NCBI GenBank assembly: GCA_900541675.1
Contig: UQKU01000007.1
Coordinates: 890-64,889, forward strand
Reading direction: 5' to 3'
Length of the DNA stretch: 64,000 bases
From: an uncultured Collinsella sp.
GTDB lineage: Bacteria; Actinomycetota; Coriobacteriia; Coriobacteriales; Coriobacteriaceae
Positions 39,769 through 49,513 of this stretch are shown here, one piece after another. Numbering within the stretch: position 1 is the first letter of the stretch; each line of letters begins with the position of its first letter. The translations under genes and the position numbers were made by a program. A model generated the notes under the pieces. That model did no database searches. It was given only the letters and a program-made list of their open reading frames with translations, and was not told the origin of the DNA.

Positions 39769-40465
39769 CGAAAACAAGGGCATTCACCCCACGGGGGTAT
39801 CGTCGCGCGTGTGGATTGCGCTGGTCGCTCTGTGCGTCGCCAATGTCGTAGCGCATCTCATGGTGATGCCGAGCTTGCCTGGGCAGATTCCCACGCACTG
39901 GGGCGCGAACGGCGCCGTCGACGGTTGGGGTCCCAGCTGGATGGCCTCCGCGCTCGGCGTGCTGCCTCTGGTGCTTCTCGCAATGTTCTGCGTGGTGCCG
40001 CGCATCGATCCCAAAGGTGAGGCATATCGAACCTCGGGCAAGTTCTATCAGGGCTTCGTAATCGCCTTCACCTTGTTCATGTGCGCCATAAGCTGGCTGG
40101 GAGAGCTTACGGTCTGGGGCGTGGTGCCGGCGGTCGGTTCGGTCAACGTGCTGATTTCCGGTGTTGTCGGTTTGCTGTTCATCGGCGTAGGCAACTACTT
40201 GCCGCGTGTGAAGCAGAACTATACGCTCGGTATCAAGACGCCTTGGGCGCTTGCCAATCCCGAGAACTGGCGCCGTACGCAGCGCTTTGGCGGTGCCTGC
40301 TTTATGGTGCTGGGTGTTGGCCTGATTGCGATGGGCGTGGCAGGCAGCGTGCTTTCGAGTGAAGTCGTCGCCGCGGTGATTGCGGTTCTGGCGTTTGGTT
40401 CGGTTGGAGCCGTCTACGTCTACTCGTATCTGCTGTGGCGCAAATCGCAGCGAGCCGCTCGCTAA
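39761..40465 (+). CDS. SdpI/YfhL family membrane immunity protein (DUF1648)
   Basis: LPGQIPTHWG..G.VDGW, IGVGNYLPRVKQNYTLGIKTPWAL...NWRRTQRFGG. Confidence 0.88.
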   Translation: MNNENKGIHPTGVSSRVWIALVALCVANVVAHLMVMPSLPGQIPTHWGANGAVDGWGPSWMASALGVLPLVLLAMFCVVPRIDPKGEAYRTSGKFYQGFVIAFTLFMCAISWLGELTVWGVVPAVGSVNVLISGVVGLLFIGVGNYLPRVKQNYTLGIKTPWALANPENWRRTQRFGGACFMVLGVGLIAMGVAGSVLSSEVVAAVIAVLAFGSVGAVYVYSYLLWRKSQRAAR

Positions 40466-40650
40466 GGTTGCGGAAAACTAGCGTACGTAGTTCATAGTAT
40501 GTTCCGGGGGAACTTTTCCCAGGTAGTATTAGGGGGTATGGGCAACCATGCCCCTTTTTCGTTACGTTTCAGAGCTGGTTTTTCCATTTCGTTTCCACTT
40601 AGGCGAAACAAGAATAGAGAAACAGCAGGTAGAAAGGATAAAACAGGCAA

Positions 40651-42330
40651 ATGGCGGAGTTTATCTACCAGATGTATCAGGCTCGTAAGGCCCATGGCGA
40701 CAAGGTAATCCTTGACGACGTGACCCTGAGCTTCTACCCCGGTGCCAAGATCGGCGTCGTGGGCCCCAATGGTATGGGCAAGTCGACCCTGCTCAAGATC
40801 ATGGCCGGCATCGAGGAGGTCTCCAACGGCGATGCCAGGCTCACCCCCGGCTACACCGTGGGCATCCTGCACCAGGAGCCGCCGCTCGACGATGACAAGA
40901 CCGTCATCGAGAACGTGCGCATGGCATTTGGCGATATGATCGCCAAGGTCGATCGCTTCAACAAGATCGGCGAGGAGATGTGCGACCCGGATTGCGACAT
41001 GGACGCCCTCATGGCCGAGATGGGAAAGCTCCAGGACGAGATTGATGCCGCCGACGGCTGGGATATCGATTCCAAGCTCGGCCAGGCCATGGACGCCCTG
41101 CAGCTGCCCGATTCCGACATGCCGGTCAACGTACTTTCCGGCGGCGAGCGCCGTCGCGTGGCCCTGTGCAAGCTGCTGCTCGAGGCTCCCGACCTGCTGC
41201 TGCTCGACGAGCCCACGAACCACCTAGACGCTGAGTCGATCCTGTGGCTCGAGCACTTCCTGCATAACTACCAGGGCGCGGTGCTTGCCGTCACGCACGA
41301 TCGCTACTTCCTGGATAACGTTGCCGAGTGGATCTGCGAGGTCGACCGTGGTCACCTTTATCCCTACAAGGGCAATTACTCCACGTATCTGGAGACCAAG
41401 GCCGCGCGTATCGAGGCGCAGGGCAACCGCGACGCCAAACTCGCCAAGCGCATGGAGGCCGAGCTCGAGTGGGTGCGCAGCTCGCCCAAGGCCCGCCAGG
41501 CCAAGAACAAGGCCCGTCTGGCTCGCTACGAGGAGATGGAGGCCGAGGCCCGCGCAAGCCAGAAGCTCGACTGGACCGACATTCGCATCCCTGTGGGCCC
41601 GCGTCTGGGCAACAAGGTGCTCGAGGCCCATCATCTGCACAAAGAGTTCGATGGCCGCGTGCTCATCGATGACCTTTCGTTCACCCTGCCGCGCAACGGC
41701 ATCGTGGGCGTCATCGGCCCCAACGGTGTGGGCAAGACCACGCTGTTCAAGGCGATTGTGGGTCTGGAGCCGCTGACTTCGGGCGAGCTCGAGGTGGGCG
41801 AGACCGTCAAGATCTCTTACGTCGACCAGAACCGTTCCGGCATCGACCCCGACAAGAACCTATGGGAGGTCGTCTCGGACGGCCTGGACCACATGATGGT
41901 CGGCGAGACCGAGGTTCCGAGCCGCGCTTATGTGGCGAGCTTTGGCTTTAAGGGCCAGGACCAGCAGAAGCGCGCTGGCGTGCTCTCCGGCGGCGAGCGC
42001 AACCGTCTGAACCTGGCGCTCACGCTCAAGCAGGGCGGCAACCTGTTGCTCCTCGACGAGCCCACGAACGACCTCGACGTCGAGACGCTGTCCTCGCTCG
42101 AGGCGGCGCTGCTCGAGTTCCCGGGCTGCTCGGTGGTCATTAGCCACGACCGTATGTTCCTGGACCGCGTCGCCACGCACATTCTGGCGTGGGAGGGCAC
42201 CGACGAAAATCCGGGCAACTGGTATTGGTTCGAGGGCAACTTCGAGGCCTATCAGGCCAACCGCATCGAGCGCCTGGGCGAGGACGCAGCCCAGCCGCAT
42301 CGTATTCACCGCAAGCTCACGCGCGACTAG
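40651..42330 (+). CDS. ettA: Energy-dependent translational throttle protein (ABC-F)
   Basis: SFYPGAKIGVVGPNGMGKSTL, two ABC domains, ELEWVRSSPKARQAKNKARL. Confidence 0.95.
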   Translation: MAEFIYQMYQARKAHGDKVILDDVTLSFYPGAKIGVVGPNGMGKSTLLKIMAGIEEVSNGDARLTPGYTVGILHQEPPLDDDKTVIENVRMAFGDMIAKVDRFNKIGEEMCDPDCDMDALMAEMGKLQDEIDAADGWDIDSKLGQAMDALQLPDSDMPVNVLSGGERRRVALCKLLLEAPDLLLLDEPTNHLDAESILWLEHFLHNYQGAVLAVTHDRYFLDNVAEWICEVDRGHLYPYKGNYSTYLETKAARIEAQGNRDAKLAKRMEAELEWVRSSPKARQAKNKARLARYEEMEAEARASQKLDWTDIRIPVGPRLGNKVLEAHHLHKEFDGRVLIDDLSFTLPRNGIVGVIGPNGVGKTTLFKAIVGLEPLTSGELEVGETVKISYVDQNRSGIDPDKNLWEVVSDGLDHMMVGETEVPSRAYVASFGFKGQDQQKRAGVLSGGERNRLNLALTLKQGGNLLLLDEPTNDLDVETLSSLEAALLEFPGCSVVISHDRMFLDRVATHILAWEGTDENPGNWYWFEGNFEAYQANRIERLGEDAAQPHRIHRKLTRD

Positions 42331-42355
42331 TCGAGCTCAGGTGGCCTAACGAGAA

Positions 42356-42390
42356 TGGGACGATAACCTTGAGGGTTATCGTCCCTTTTT
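42356..42390. terminator. Terminator hairpin between convergent genes
   Basis: GGGACGATAACC...GGTTATCGTCCC-TTTTT. Confidence 0.75.
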
Positions 42391-42391
42391 G

Positions 42392-43699
42392 TTACTTGGT
42401 AGAAGGCTCGACTTTATCGATGGTCCAGGCGGCTCCGAGACCGCCGGTGGTGTTGCGGCGGATGCGCACGGTGACTTCGCGGCGCTCGCCGGCCTGCGTG
42501 TAACGCAGGGGGAAGCTTGCGCGGTTTCGCGCGACCTCGATGGTACCGCGCTCGCGGGCGATCCAGTAGTACTCGCCGACGATGCCGAGGGTGTCGGCGC
42601 CGTAGGGGAGATAGGTTGACAGCTGGTGCAGAAGCGGGCCGGGGCAGAAGATCTCGGTTGTGAAATCGACGGGGAAGTCCTTGGGGATGGCGGGCGCTGC
42701 AGGTGCGGGGGTTGGGGCTGCTGCGGGTGCCGGAGCCGGTGCCGGTGCGGGAATTTGGTCGCAAGCAGAGGTGGGCACGGACTTGATGACGGGTGCGGGC
42801 TCTGGCGTCGAGTCCGGTTTGATCGTGGAATCTGCGGGCTCCACGGTGACGGGCGCGTCTGCAGCTGCAGTTTCAACCTCAACCTGCGTCGCGTTCTCGT
42901 TCTCGACGCTCGGCTTTGCCTCGATGGGCGTGGATGCCATGGTAGTGATGCCGGCGTTTGCGTTCTCGGGGTCATAGACGACCGTGAGCGAGATGGCAGG
43001 CTGCGGTACCTCGGGCTCCGATGCCGCTTCGGCAGCGTCCTGTTCTGTGGGCTCGTCGGACTGATCGTCCTCGGCCTCGTTGCCAAAGACATCGCTGTTT
43101 TGGAACGCAGGCGTTTCGGATAGGTTAGCGGCTTCTTCGGCTGTCGACTTGGGAGCCTCGTTGAGCTCAGCAGTGGCTTCCTGCTCGGATATGACTACGG
43201 GATCGGTCGTGGCAGCGATTTCGGTTTCGGCTTCTGCCGTTACCTCAATAGCGACTTCGATCTCTGTCTCGGGCTCGGGTTCCGGCACGACTTCAACCAT
43301 GGCTTCGGGCTCGGGACGCTTAACGTGCTTGGGGCGCACGGCCTTGAGGTCCTTCTCGCCGCGCTTTTTCTTTTTGTAGGACTGCTTGGCGCCCTTGGCA
43401 GCTTTGGGCTTGTCCTCGCCTTTGGCAAGGGCGGCATCCCAAGCCTCGTTGGCGATGACGGTGGCATACAGGCGACCGCCCTTAAAGACAGTCAGCTTAA
43501 TGCAGTCGTCGAGCTCCTCGAGCAGCTCGCGCGTGGACTCAAAGCCCAGGTCATAAGCGACCATGTCACCAGCGGCGAGTGCCTCCTCGACCTGCGTCAT
43601 AAACGTTTGCTTGCCGCACCCAATCGCGTCGCGCAGCAGGCGATACAGATAGATGTGGTTGCCCAGCGATAGCGTGGGCTTAACTATTGTCTTGCTCAT
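42392..43699 (-). CDS. Hypothetical protein: N-terminal LOTUS/OST-HTH-like domain, long acidic/Pro-rich linker, small C-terminal domain
   Basis: YDLGFESTRELLEELDD resembles the LOTUS core; E/P/A-rich middle. Confidence 0.6.
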   Translation of the reverse strand: MSKTIVKPTLSLGNHIYLYRLLRDAIGCGKQTFMTQVEEALAAGDMVAYDLGFESTRELLEELDDCIKLTVFKGGRLYATVIANEAWDAALAKGEDKPKAAKGAKQSYKKKKRGEKDLKAVRPKHVKRPEPEAMVEVVPEPEPETEIEVAIEVTAEAETEIAATTDPVVISEQEATAELNEAPKSTAEEAANLSETPAFQNSDVFGNEAEDDQSDEPTEQDAAEAASEPEVPQPAISLTVVYDPENANAGITTMASTPIEAKPSVENENATQVEVETAAADAPVTVEPADSTIKPDSTPEPAPVIKSVPTSACDQIPAPAPAPAPAAAPTPAPAAPAIPKDFPVDFTTEIFCPGPLLHQLSTYLPYGADTLGIVGEYYWIARERGTIEVARNRASFPLRYTQAGERREVTVRIRRNTTGGLGAAWTIDKVEPSTK

Positions 43700-43837
43700 G
43701 GCAAATCTCCTCTTTACACACCAAAGCATCTTACCATCGCGCGGGGCTTGCCATCTCGTCGCCCAAGGCAAACGGGCGCGACCGTTGCCGGTTCGCGCCC
43801 GTTATGCAGGTCGGTTATCTATGAGGGGCAAACGTGC

Positions 43838-44782
43838 TTAGTTGCCCGATGCCGTGCCTTGGCTCGAGCTGTCAGATGCCGTGCCGGACGCGGTTCCGCT
43901 CGAGCTGTCGGTGTTGTTATTGTCGGTGGAACTCGTGCCCGATGTATTGCCGCTCGTCTGGTCATCCGTGCTCGGCTGAGAGCCGTCAGTCGTTTGGCTT
44001 GAGTCGGTCGTGCCGGATTGCGTGCCGCCGCTGTTCGCAGAGGAATCAGCGCTCTGCGACTGATCAGGGGTGTTCGAGGACGAGTCGGTGGATGCGGAGG
44101 TGCCCTGCGAGTCGTCCTGCTGGCTTTGCGATGGACCAGTGCTATCCGCGTCGTGCTCGGTCGTATGCGACGAAAGGATCGGCTCGGGGCGCTCGCCCAG
44201 GCCCTCGCCGGCGGTGGTGATAAGGATGGCACCGGTGCAGGTGATGACCGCGACGATGGCGATGGCGATCGAGAAGATGATGACCTTCTTTTGCGTCTGG
44301 CTGCGCTCTGCCGCCGCCTTGGCGCGCAGGCTGTTGGGAGCGACGCGTGCCGTGGTCGCGCGCCCTGCAATCTGGCGCATCTCCTGGGTAGTCGCGGCGC
44401 CGCCTAAGTGCTCCTCGGCATTAAACTCAACGGGCTCATAGGCGCCGGCGGGGTAGTCGACGTCGGCGTGCGTACCTTTGAGGGCTTTGGCGCTGGCAGA
44501 GATAAAGTGGCGGTAGACCTGCGAGGACACAACGGTGATGACCGAGCTCACGGCGGCGCCAATTACTGAACCGGCAATACCAATCTTGGAAGCAAGCGCG
44601 ACGCTCGTGGCGGCGGCTGCGGCGCCGGCGATGATCTGGGGAATGGAAATGTCATCGAACAGGCCCTTTTTGGGCGCGATGGCCATGGTCTGTCCGATGG
44701 AATGGTTTTCGTGAACGCCGTTGTTGAGCGCGGCTGGTGTCATGACGCGCGTGCGCGGCGCGTCGGTGTACTTGGTTGTCAT
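43838..44782 (-). CDS. Membrane protein with Ser/Thr/Asp-rich C-terminal tail
   Basis: IIAGAAAAATSVALASKIGIAGSVIGAAVSSVIT TM pair, third TM, low-complexity tail. Confidence 0.75.
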   Translation of the reverse strand: MTTKYTDAPRTRVMTPAALNNGVHENHSIGQTMAIAPKKGLFDDISIPQIIAGAAAAATSVALASKIGIAGSVIGAAVSSVITVVSSQVYRHFISASAKALKGTHADVDYPAGAYEPVEFNAEEHLGGAATTQEMRQIAGRATTARVAPNSLRAKAAAERSQTQKKVIIFSIAIAIVAVITCTGAILITTAGEGLGERPEPILSSHTTEHDADSTGPSQSQQDDSQGTSASTDSSSNTPDQSQSADSSANSGGTQSGTTDSSQTTDGSQPSTDDQTSGNTSGTSSTDNNNTDSSSGTASGTASDSSSQGTASGN

Positions 44783-44985
44783 ACGGGGCCCTCCCGGTGT
44801 AAATCTGCTTCGTTTCATGTAGCCATCAGGGTACCCACCAGATGTGAATCGTACGTGACATTTAACAGATACCATCAACTCATCAATAGCTCACCAAGTT
44901 GGTGGGATGCGGTTACACCCGGCGGTTGAACTACAATAGGGCTTGCTAATTGTTGTGAATGGCGTCTACGCACGGGAGCATTCTT

Positions 44986-46965
44986 ATGAATCTTCACCTT
45001 TCTCAGTCTGATGGCTTTTTGCGTGTGGCGGCGGCGTCGCCGCGGATTCGCGTGGCCGACGTCGAGGGCAATGCCGAGGTTGCGCTGGCGGCTGTTCGCG
45101 AGGCTGCCGAGTGCGGCGTTCGCGCGCTGGTGCTGCCCGAGCTTAACTTGTGCGGCTATACCGCGGCCGACCTGTTCCATAACCGCACGCTGCTGCATGC
45201 CTGTGAGGCCGCTCTGGTACATATCCTCGACGAGACTCGTGAGCTGCCGATTGTCTTTACCATCGGTCTTCCCGTTGCAGTTGCCGAGAATATCTACAAC
45301 TGCGCCGCCGTGTGCTGCGCGGGCGAGCTTTTGGGTCTTACGGCCAAAAAGTATCTGCCCAACTATGGCGAGTTCTACGAGCGCCGCTGGTTTGCTCCGG
45401 CGCCTGCGGATCCCGTGTGGGTTGAATTTGCCGGTCAGGGTCCGGTTCCGCTGGGTTCGGGGCTTGTCTACCGCTGCTGTGATGAGGGCGCCGAGGACCT
45501 GGTGCTGGGCGTTGAGGCCTGTGAGGACCTGTGGGTGCCGGCGCCGCCTTCGACCGAGATGGCGCTTGCCGGTGCGACGGTGATTCTCAACCCGTCGGCC
45601 TCGGATGAGATTATCGGTAAGGCAGACTATCGCCGCAGTCTCATCTCCAATCAGAGTGCGCGCCTGTACTGCGCCTATGCCTATGCGGATGCGAGCGAGG
45701 GCGAGTCCACGACCGATATGGTCTTTGCAGGCGAGAACCTTATCTACGAAAACGGCTCCAAGCTCGCCGCCACCAAACTGCTTACCTGCGATATGGCCGT
45801 CGCCGATGTCGATCTTGACCGTCTGGTTGCCGAGCGCCGTCGCTCGACGACGTGGACGCGCGCGGACGATGCGCCGGAGGCCACGACCGTTGTATTTTCG
45901 TTTGAGGGCGTGCTGGCAGACGAACCTGTCCTGCGCGATGCCTGCGATATCGACCGTGTCTTCCCCCGCGCGCCCTTTGTGCCGGCCGATCATGGTGACC
46001 TGGCCGAGCGTTGCGAGACCATCCTCGACCTGCAGACCGCCGGCCTCAAGACCCGCCTTGCCCATACGGGTACCAAGGCTGCAGTCATCGGTCTTTCGGG
46101 CGGCCTGGACTCCACGCTGGCACTGCTTGTGACCGTGCGTGCCTTCGATGCATTGCGGCTGCCGCGCACCGGTATCACGGCCGTGTCCATGCCTGGCTTT
46201 GGCACGACGCATCGCACTAAGTCCAACGCCGAGTCGCTTGCTCGCGACCTGGGTGTGAGCTTCCGCGAGGTTTCGATCCACGCGGCCGTGGAGCAGCACT
46301 TTAAGGACATTGAGCACAATCAGACCGTGCAGGACGTGACCTACGAGAACAGCCAGGCCCGCGAGCGTACGCAGATTCTGATGGATTTGGCCAACCAGGC
46401 TGGCGGCTTTGTCATCGGCACGGGCGACCTGTCGGAGCTGGCGCTCGGCTGGGCTACCTATAACGGCGACCACATGAGCATGTATGCCGTCAACGCGAGC
46501 GTGCCCAAGACGCTTGTGCGCCATCTGGTGCGTTATGCTGCCGATGTCTTTGGCGGGCGTATTGCCGAGACGCTGCTCGACATCCTCGATACGCCGGTAT
46601 CTCCCGAGCTTCTGCCGCCCACGGGCGACGGCGAGATTGCGCAGAAGACTGAGGATTTGGTGGGCCCGTACGAGCTGCACGACTACTTCCTCTACTACCT
46701 GCTGCGTTTTGGCTTTGAGCCGGGCAAGATCTACCGCATGGCGCTCAAGAGCTTCGAGGGCGTCTACGACGCCAAGACCGTCCACACGTGGTTGCGTACG
46801 TTCTACCGTCGCTTCTTTGCTCAGCAGTTTAAGCGCAGCTGCCTGCCCGATGGTCCCAAGGTGGGCTCGGTGACGCTCAGCCCGCGCGGCGATTGGCGTA
46901 TGCCGAGTGACGCCAGCTCGCGTCTGTGGCTTGCGCAGATCGATGCGCTCAATGCAATTGACTAA
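44986..46965 (+). CDS. nadE: Glutamine-dependent NAD(+) synthetase
   Basis: Nitrilase-like domain (PEL, K, CEDLW) plus SGGLDSTL, YENSQARER, QQFKRSCLPDGPK. Confidence 0.95.
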   Translation: MNLHLSQSDGFLRVAAASPRIRVADVEGNAEVALAAVREAAECGVRALVLPELNLCGYTAADLFHNRTLLHACEAALVHILDETRELPIVFTIGLPVAVAENIYNCAAVCCAGELLGLTAKKYLPNYGEFYERRWFAPAPADPVWVEFAGQGPVPLGSGLVYRCCDEGAEDLVLGVEACEDLWVPAPPSTEMALAGATVILNPSASDEIIGKADYRRSLISNQSARLYCAYAYADASEGESTTDMVFAGENLIYENGSKLAATKLLTCDMAVADVDLDRLVAERRRSTTWTRADDAPEATTVVFSFEGVLADEPVLRDACDIDRVFPRAPFVPADHGDLAERCETILDLQTAGLKTRLAHTGTKAAVIGLSGGLDSTLALLVTVRAFDALRLPRTGITAVSMPGFGTTHRTKSNAESLARDLGVSFREVSIHAAVEQHFKDIEHNQTVQDVTYENSQARERTQILMDLANQAGGFVIGTGDLSELALGWATYNGDHMSMYAVNASVPKTLVRHLVRYAADVFGGRIAETLLDILDTPVSPELLPPTGDGEIAQKTEDLVGPYELHDYFLYYLLRFGFEPGKIYRMALKSFEGVYDAKTVHTWLRTFYRRFFAQQFKRSCLPDGPKVGSVTLSPRGDWRMPSDASSRLWLAQIDALNAID

Positions 46966-47083
46966 GGTTGGCTAAATTGAACCAATACGAGGGTTGCAAG
47001 CGTTACACTTTTGCAATCTGATGGCCCGTATCGCGCGGCGCTCTTGTCGGAGCGCCGCGTTTTTCATATCGAAAGGTGGCACC

Positions 47084-48247
47084 ATGCAGGCATCGCAGCG
47101 TCTCGACCGCTTTGGCGCGGAGGTCTTCGCCTCGCTCAACAACAAACTGCTCGCGCTGAAGGCTCAGGGCAAGACCATTTACAACATGAGCGTGGGCACG
47201 CCCGACTTTAAGCCGTACGACCACGTGGTCGAGGCGCTCACGCAAGCAGCCAAAGATCCCGAGATGTGGAAGTATGCCCTGCGTGACCTGCCCGAACTCA
47301 AGCAGGCCGTGTGCGATTACTATGAGCGTCGCTTTGGTGTCTCCGGCATTACGCCGTCCATGGTGCAGTCGTGCAACGGCACGCAGGAGGGCGTGGGCCA
47401 TTTGGGCCTGGCCCTGCTCGATCCGGGCGACACTATTTTGGTTCCCGATCCGTGCTACCCGGTCTTTGAGGCGGGTGCCAAGATCGCCGATGCCAAGCTC
47501 GAGTACTATCCGCTGGTTGCCGAGCACAATTACCTGCCCTATGTGGCGGGCATCGATCCCGAAGTGGCCGACCGCGCCAAGTATATGATCGTGTCGCTGC
47601 CCGCCAACCCGGTGGGCTCGGTGGGCACGCCCGAGATCTACGAGGAGATCATCGCTTTTGCCCGCGAGCACGACCTGCTCATCGTCCATGACAACGCGTA
47701 CTCCGACATCGTGTTCGACGGCGAGCCGGGCGGCAGCTTCTTGCAGTATCCCGGTGCGCTCGAGGTGGGCGTTGAGTTCTTCTCGCTCTCCAAGTCGTTT
47801 AACGTCACCGGTGCTCGCATCGGCTTTTTGGTCGGCCGCGAGGACGTGGTCTCTGCCTTTGCCAAGCTACGCAGCCAGATCGACTTCGGTATGTTCTTCC
47901 CGATCCAGAAGGCTGCTATCGCCTGCCTGAACGGTCCGCGTGATGAGGTCGAGGCGCAGCGTTTGAAGTACCAGGAGCGTCGCGATGCCCTGTGCGACGG
48001 TCTTGAGGGCCTGGGCTGGGAGCGTCCCAACGCGCATGGCTCCATGTTTGTGTGGGCCAAGCTTCCCGGTGGTCGCACCGATTCCATGACGTTTTGCGAG
48101 GAGCTCATGGAGAAGGCCGGTGTTGTGGTGACGCCGGGCGCGAGCTTTGGTCCTTCGGGCGAGGGACACGTGCGTATGGCGCTGGTTTTGCCGCCCGACC
48201 AGATCGCTTTGGCTGTCGAGGCCATCCGCGAAGCGGGCCTGTATTAG
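47084..48247 (+). CDS. PLP-dependent aminotransferase class I/II (DAP/MtnE-like)
   Basis: GTPD, PANPVG, HDNAY, SLSKSFNVTGARIG. Confidence 0.88.
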   Translation: MQASQRLDRFGAEVFASLNNKLLALKAQGKTIYNMSVGTPDFKPYDHVVEALTQAAKDPEMWKYALRDLPELKQAVCDYYERRFGVSGITPSMVQSCNGTQEGVGHLGLALLDPGDTILVPDPCYPVFEAGAKIADAKLEYYPLVAEHNYLPYVAGIDPEVADRAKYMIVSLPANPVGSVGTPEIYEEIIAFAREHDLLIVHDNAYSDIVFDGEPGGSFLQYPGALEVGVEFFSLSKSFNVTGARIGFLVGREDVVSAFAKLRSQIDFGMFFPIQKAAIACLNGPRDEVEAQRLKYQERRDALCDGLEGLGWERPNAHGSMFVWAKLPGGRTDSMTFCEELMEKAGVVVTPGASFGPSGEGHVRMALVLPPDQIALAVEAIREAGLY

Positions 48248-48448
48248 AAAGCTATTTCGGCTCGTCAATAGCTCGAAACCGATTTCGTGCAGTTATTTTA
48301 CGAATTCTGCAAATAATTTCGGCAAACGGTCGATATTTGGCTGCGAATAGGAGCATAATCAAAGTCCCGATTGGATGTATTGGGATTACGGCAAGCCGCT
48401 CGGGTCGTTCCCGGGCGGCTTGTTTGTGGAGAGAGATGGGAGTTTCTA

Positions 48449-49399
48449 ATGGTTAACGAGAAGAAGGTCGCTATTGTCGGCTGCGGTTTCGTCGGTTCGT
48501 CTTCGGCGTTCGCGCTGATGCAGAGTGGTCTGTTCTCCGAGATGGTTCTCATCGACGTGGACAAGAACCGCGCTGAGGGTGAGGCTCTGGATATTGCGCA
48601 CGGCATGACGTTTGCCGAGCCGATGAAGATCTACGCTGGCGATTATTCCGATGTCGCCGACGCCGCCATGATCGTCGTCACCGCTGGCGCTGCCCAGAAG
48701 CCCGGCGAGACCCGCCTGGACCTGGTCAACAAGAACGTTAACATCTTTAAGTCCATTATCCCCGAGATTAAGAAGTCCGGCTTCGACGGCATTCTGCTCA
48801 TCGTCTCCAACCCGGTCGACGTTCTGACCTACGCCGCCATCAAGATGTCCGGCCTGCCCGAGGGCCATGTCATCGGCTCCGGTACCGTGCTCGACACCGG
48901 CCGTCTGCAGCAGATGCTCGGCGCTCACGTCGAGGTTGACCCGCGCGACGTTCAGGCTTATGTCATGGGTGAGCACGGCGACTCCGAGTTTGTCGCTTGG
49001 TCCAGCGCCCAGGTTGCCGGCGTGCCGCTGAACACCTTCTGCGAGCTTCACGGTCATCTGGAGCATGAGGCTGCCGAGAAGCGCATCGCCGAGGACGTCA
49101 AGAACTCCGCCTACACCATCATCGAGAAGAAGCACGCCACCTACTACGGCGTCGCCATGGCCGTTAAGCGCATCTGCACTGCCGTCATGCGCGATGAGCA
49201 GACCGTTCTGCCCGTTTCCTCGCTCATGGTGGGCGAGTATGGCCTGTCCGATCTTGCCATCTCCATGCCGACGGTCGTTGGCCGCGACGGCGTTGTCTGC
49301 CGCGTCCCCGTGCCGCTGAACGATGGCGAGCAGCATGAGCTCACCGCCTCTGCAAAGGCCCTCAAGGACATCATCGACAGCGTCGACTTCTCCTGCTAA
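48449..49399 (+). CDS. ldh: L-lactate dehydrogenase
   Basis: VGCGFVG, AQKPGETRLDL, NPVD, LDTGR, MGEHGDS. Confidence 0.95.
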   Translation: MVNEKKVAIVGCGFVGSSSAFALMQSGLFSEMVLIDVDKNRAEGEALDIAHGMTFAEPMKIYAGDYSDVADAAMIVVTAGAAQKPGETRLDLVNKNVNIFKSIIPEIKKSGFDGILLIVSNPVDVLTYAAIKMSGLPEGHVIGSGTVLDTGRLQQMLGAHVEVDPRDVQAYVMGEHGDSEFVAWSSAQVAGVPLNTFCELHGHLEHEAAEKRIAEDVKNSAYTIIEKKHATYYGVAMAVKRICTAVMRDEQTVLPVSSLMVGEYGLSDLAISMPTVVGRDGVVCRVPVPLNDGEQHELTASAKALKDIIDSVDFSC

Positions 49400-49430
49400 A
49401 TCAAGCTTGCTAGAGCAAAAAGTTACAATG

Positions 49431-49466
49431 AAGGCGTCCGGGTCCACACGGCCCGGGCGCCTTTTT
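49431..49466 (+). terminator. Intrinsic terminator after ldh
   Basis: AAGGCGTCCGGG...CCCGGGCGCCTTTTT. Confidence 0.8.
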
Positions 49467-49513
49467 GGTGCAAGGTAACCTGACCCCAATGCACCATAGT
49501 TGATGGGAGGGCC

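Noticed and set aside
40499..40708. uORF overlapping the ettA start
   Set aside because: No clear RBS or attenuator structure could be supported.
48284..48304. Rex operator upstream of ldh (TTCGTGCAGTTATTTTACGAA)
   Set aside because: A dyad is present but the spacing and bases deviate from TTGTGAA-N4-TTCACAA; not enough support.
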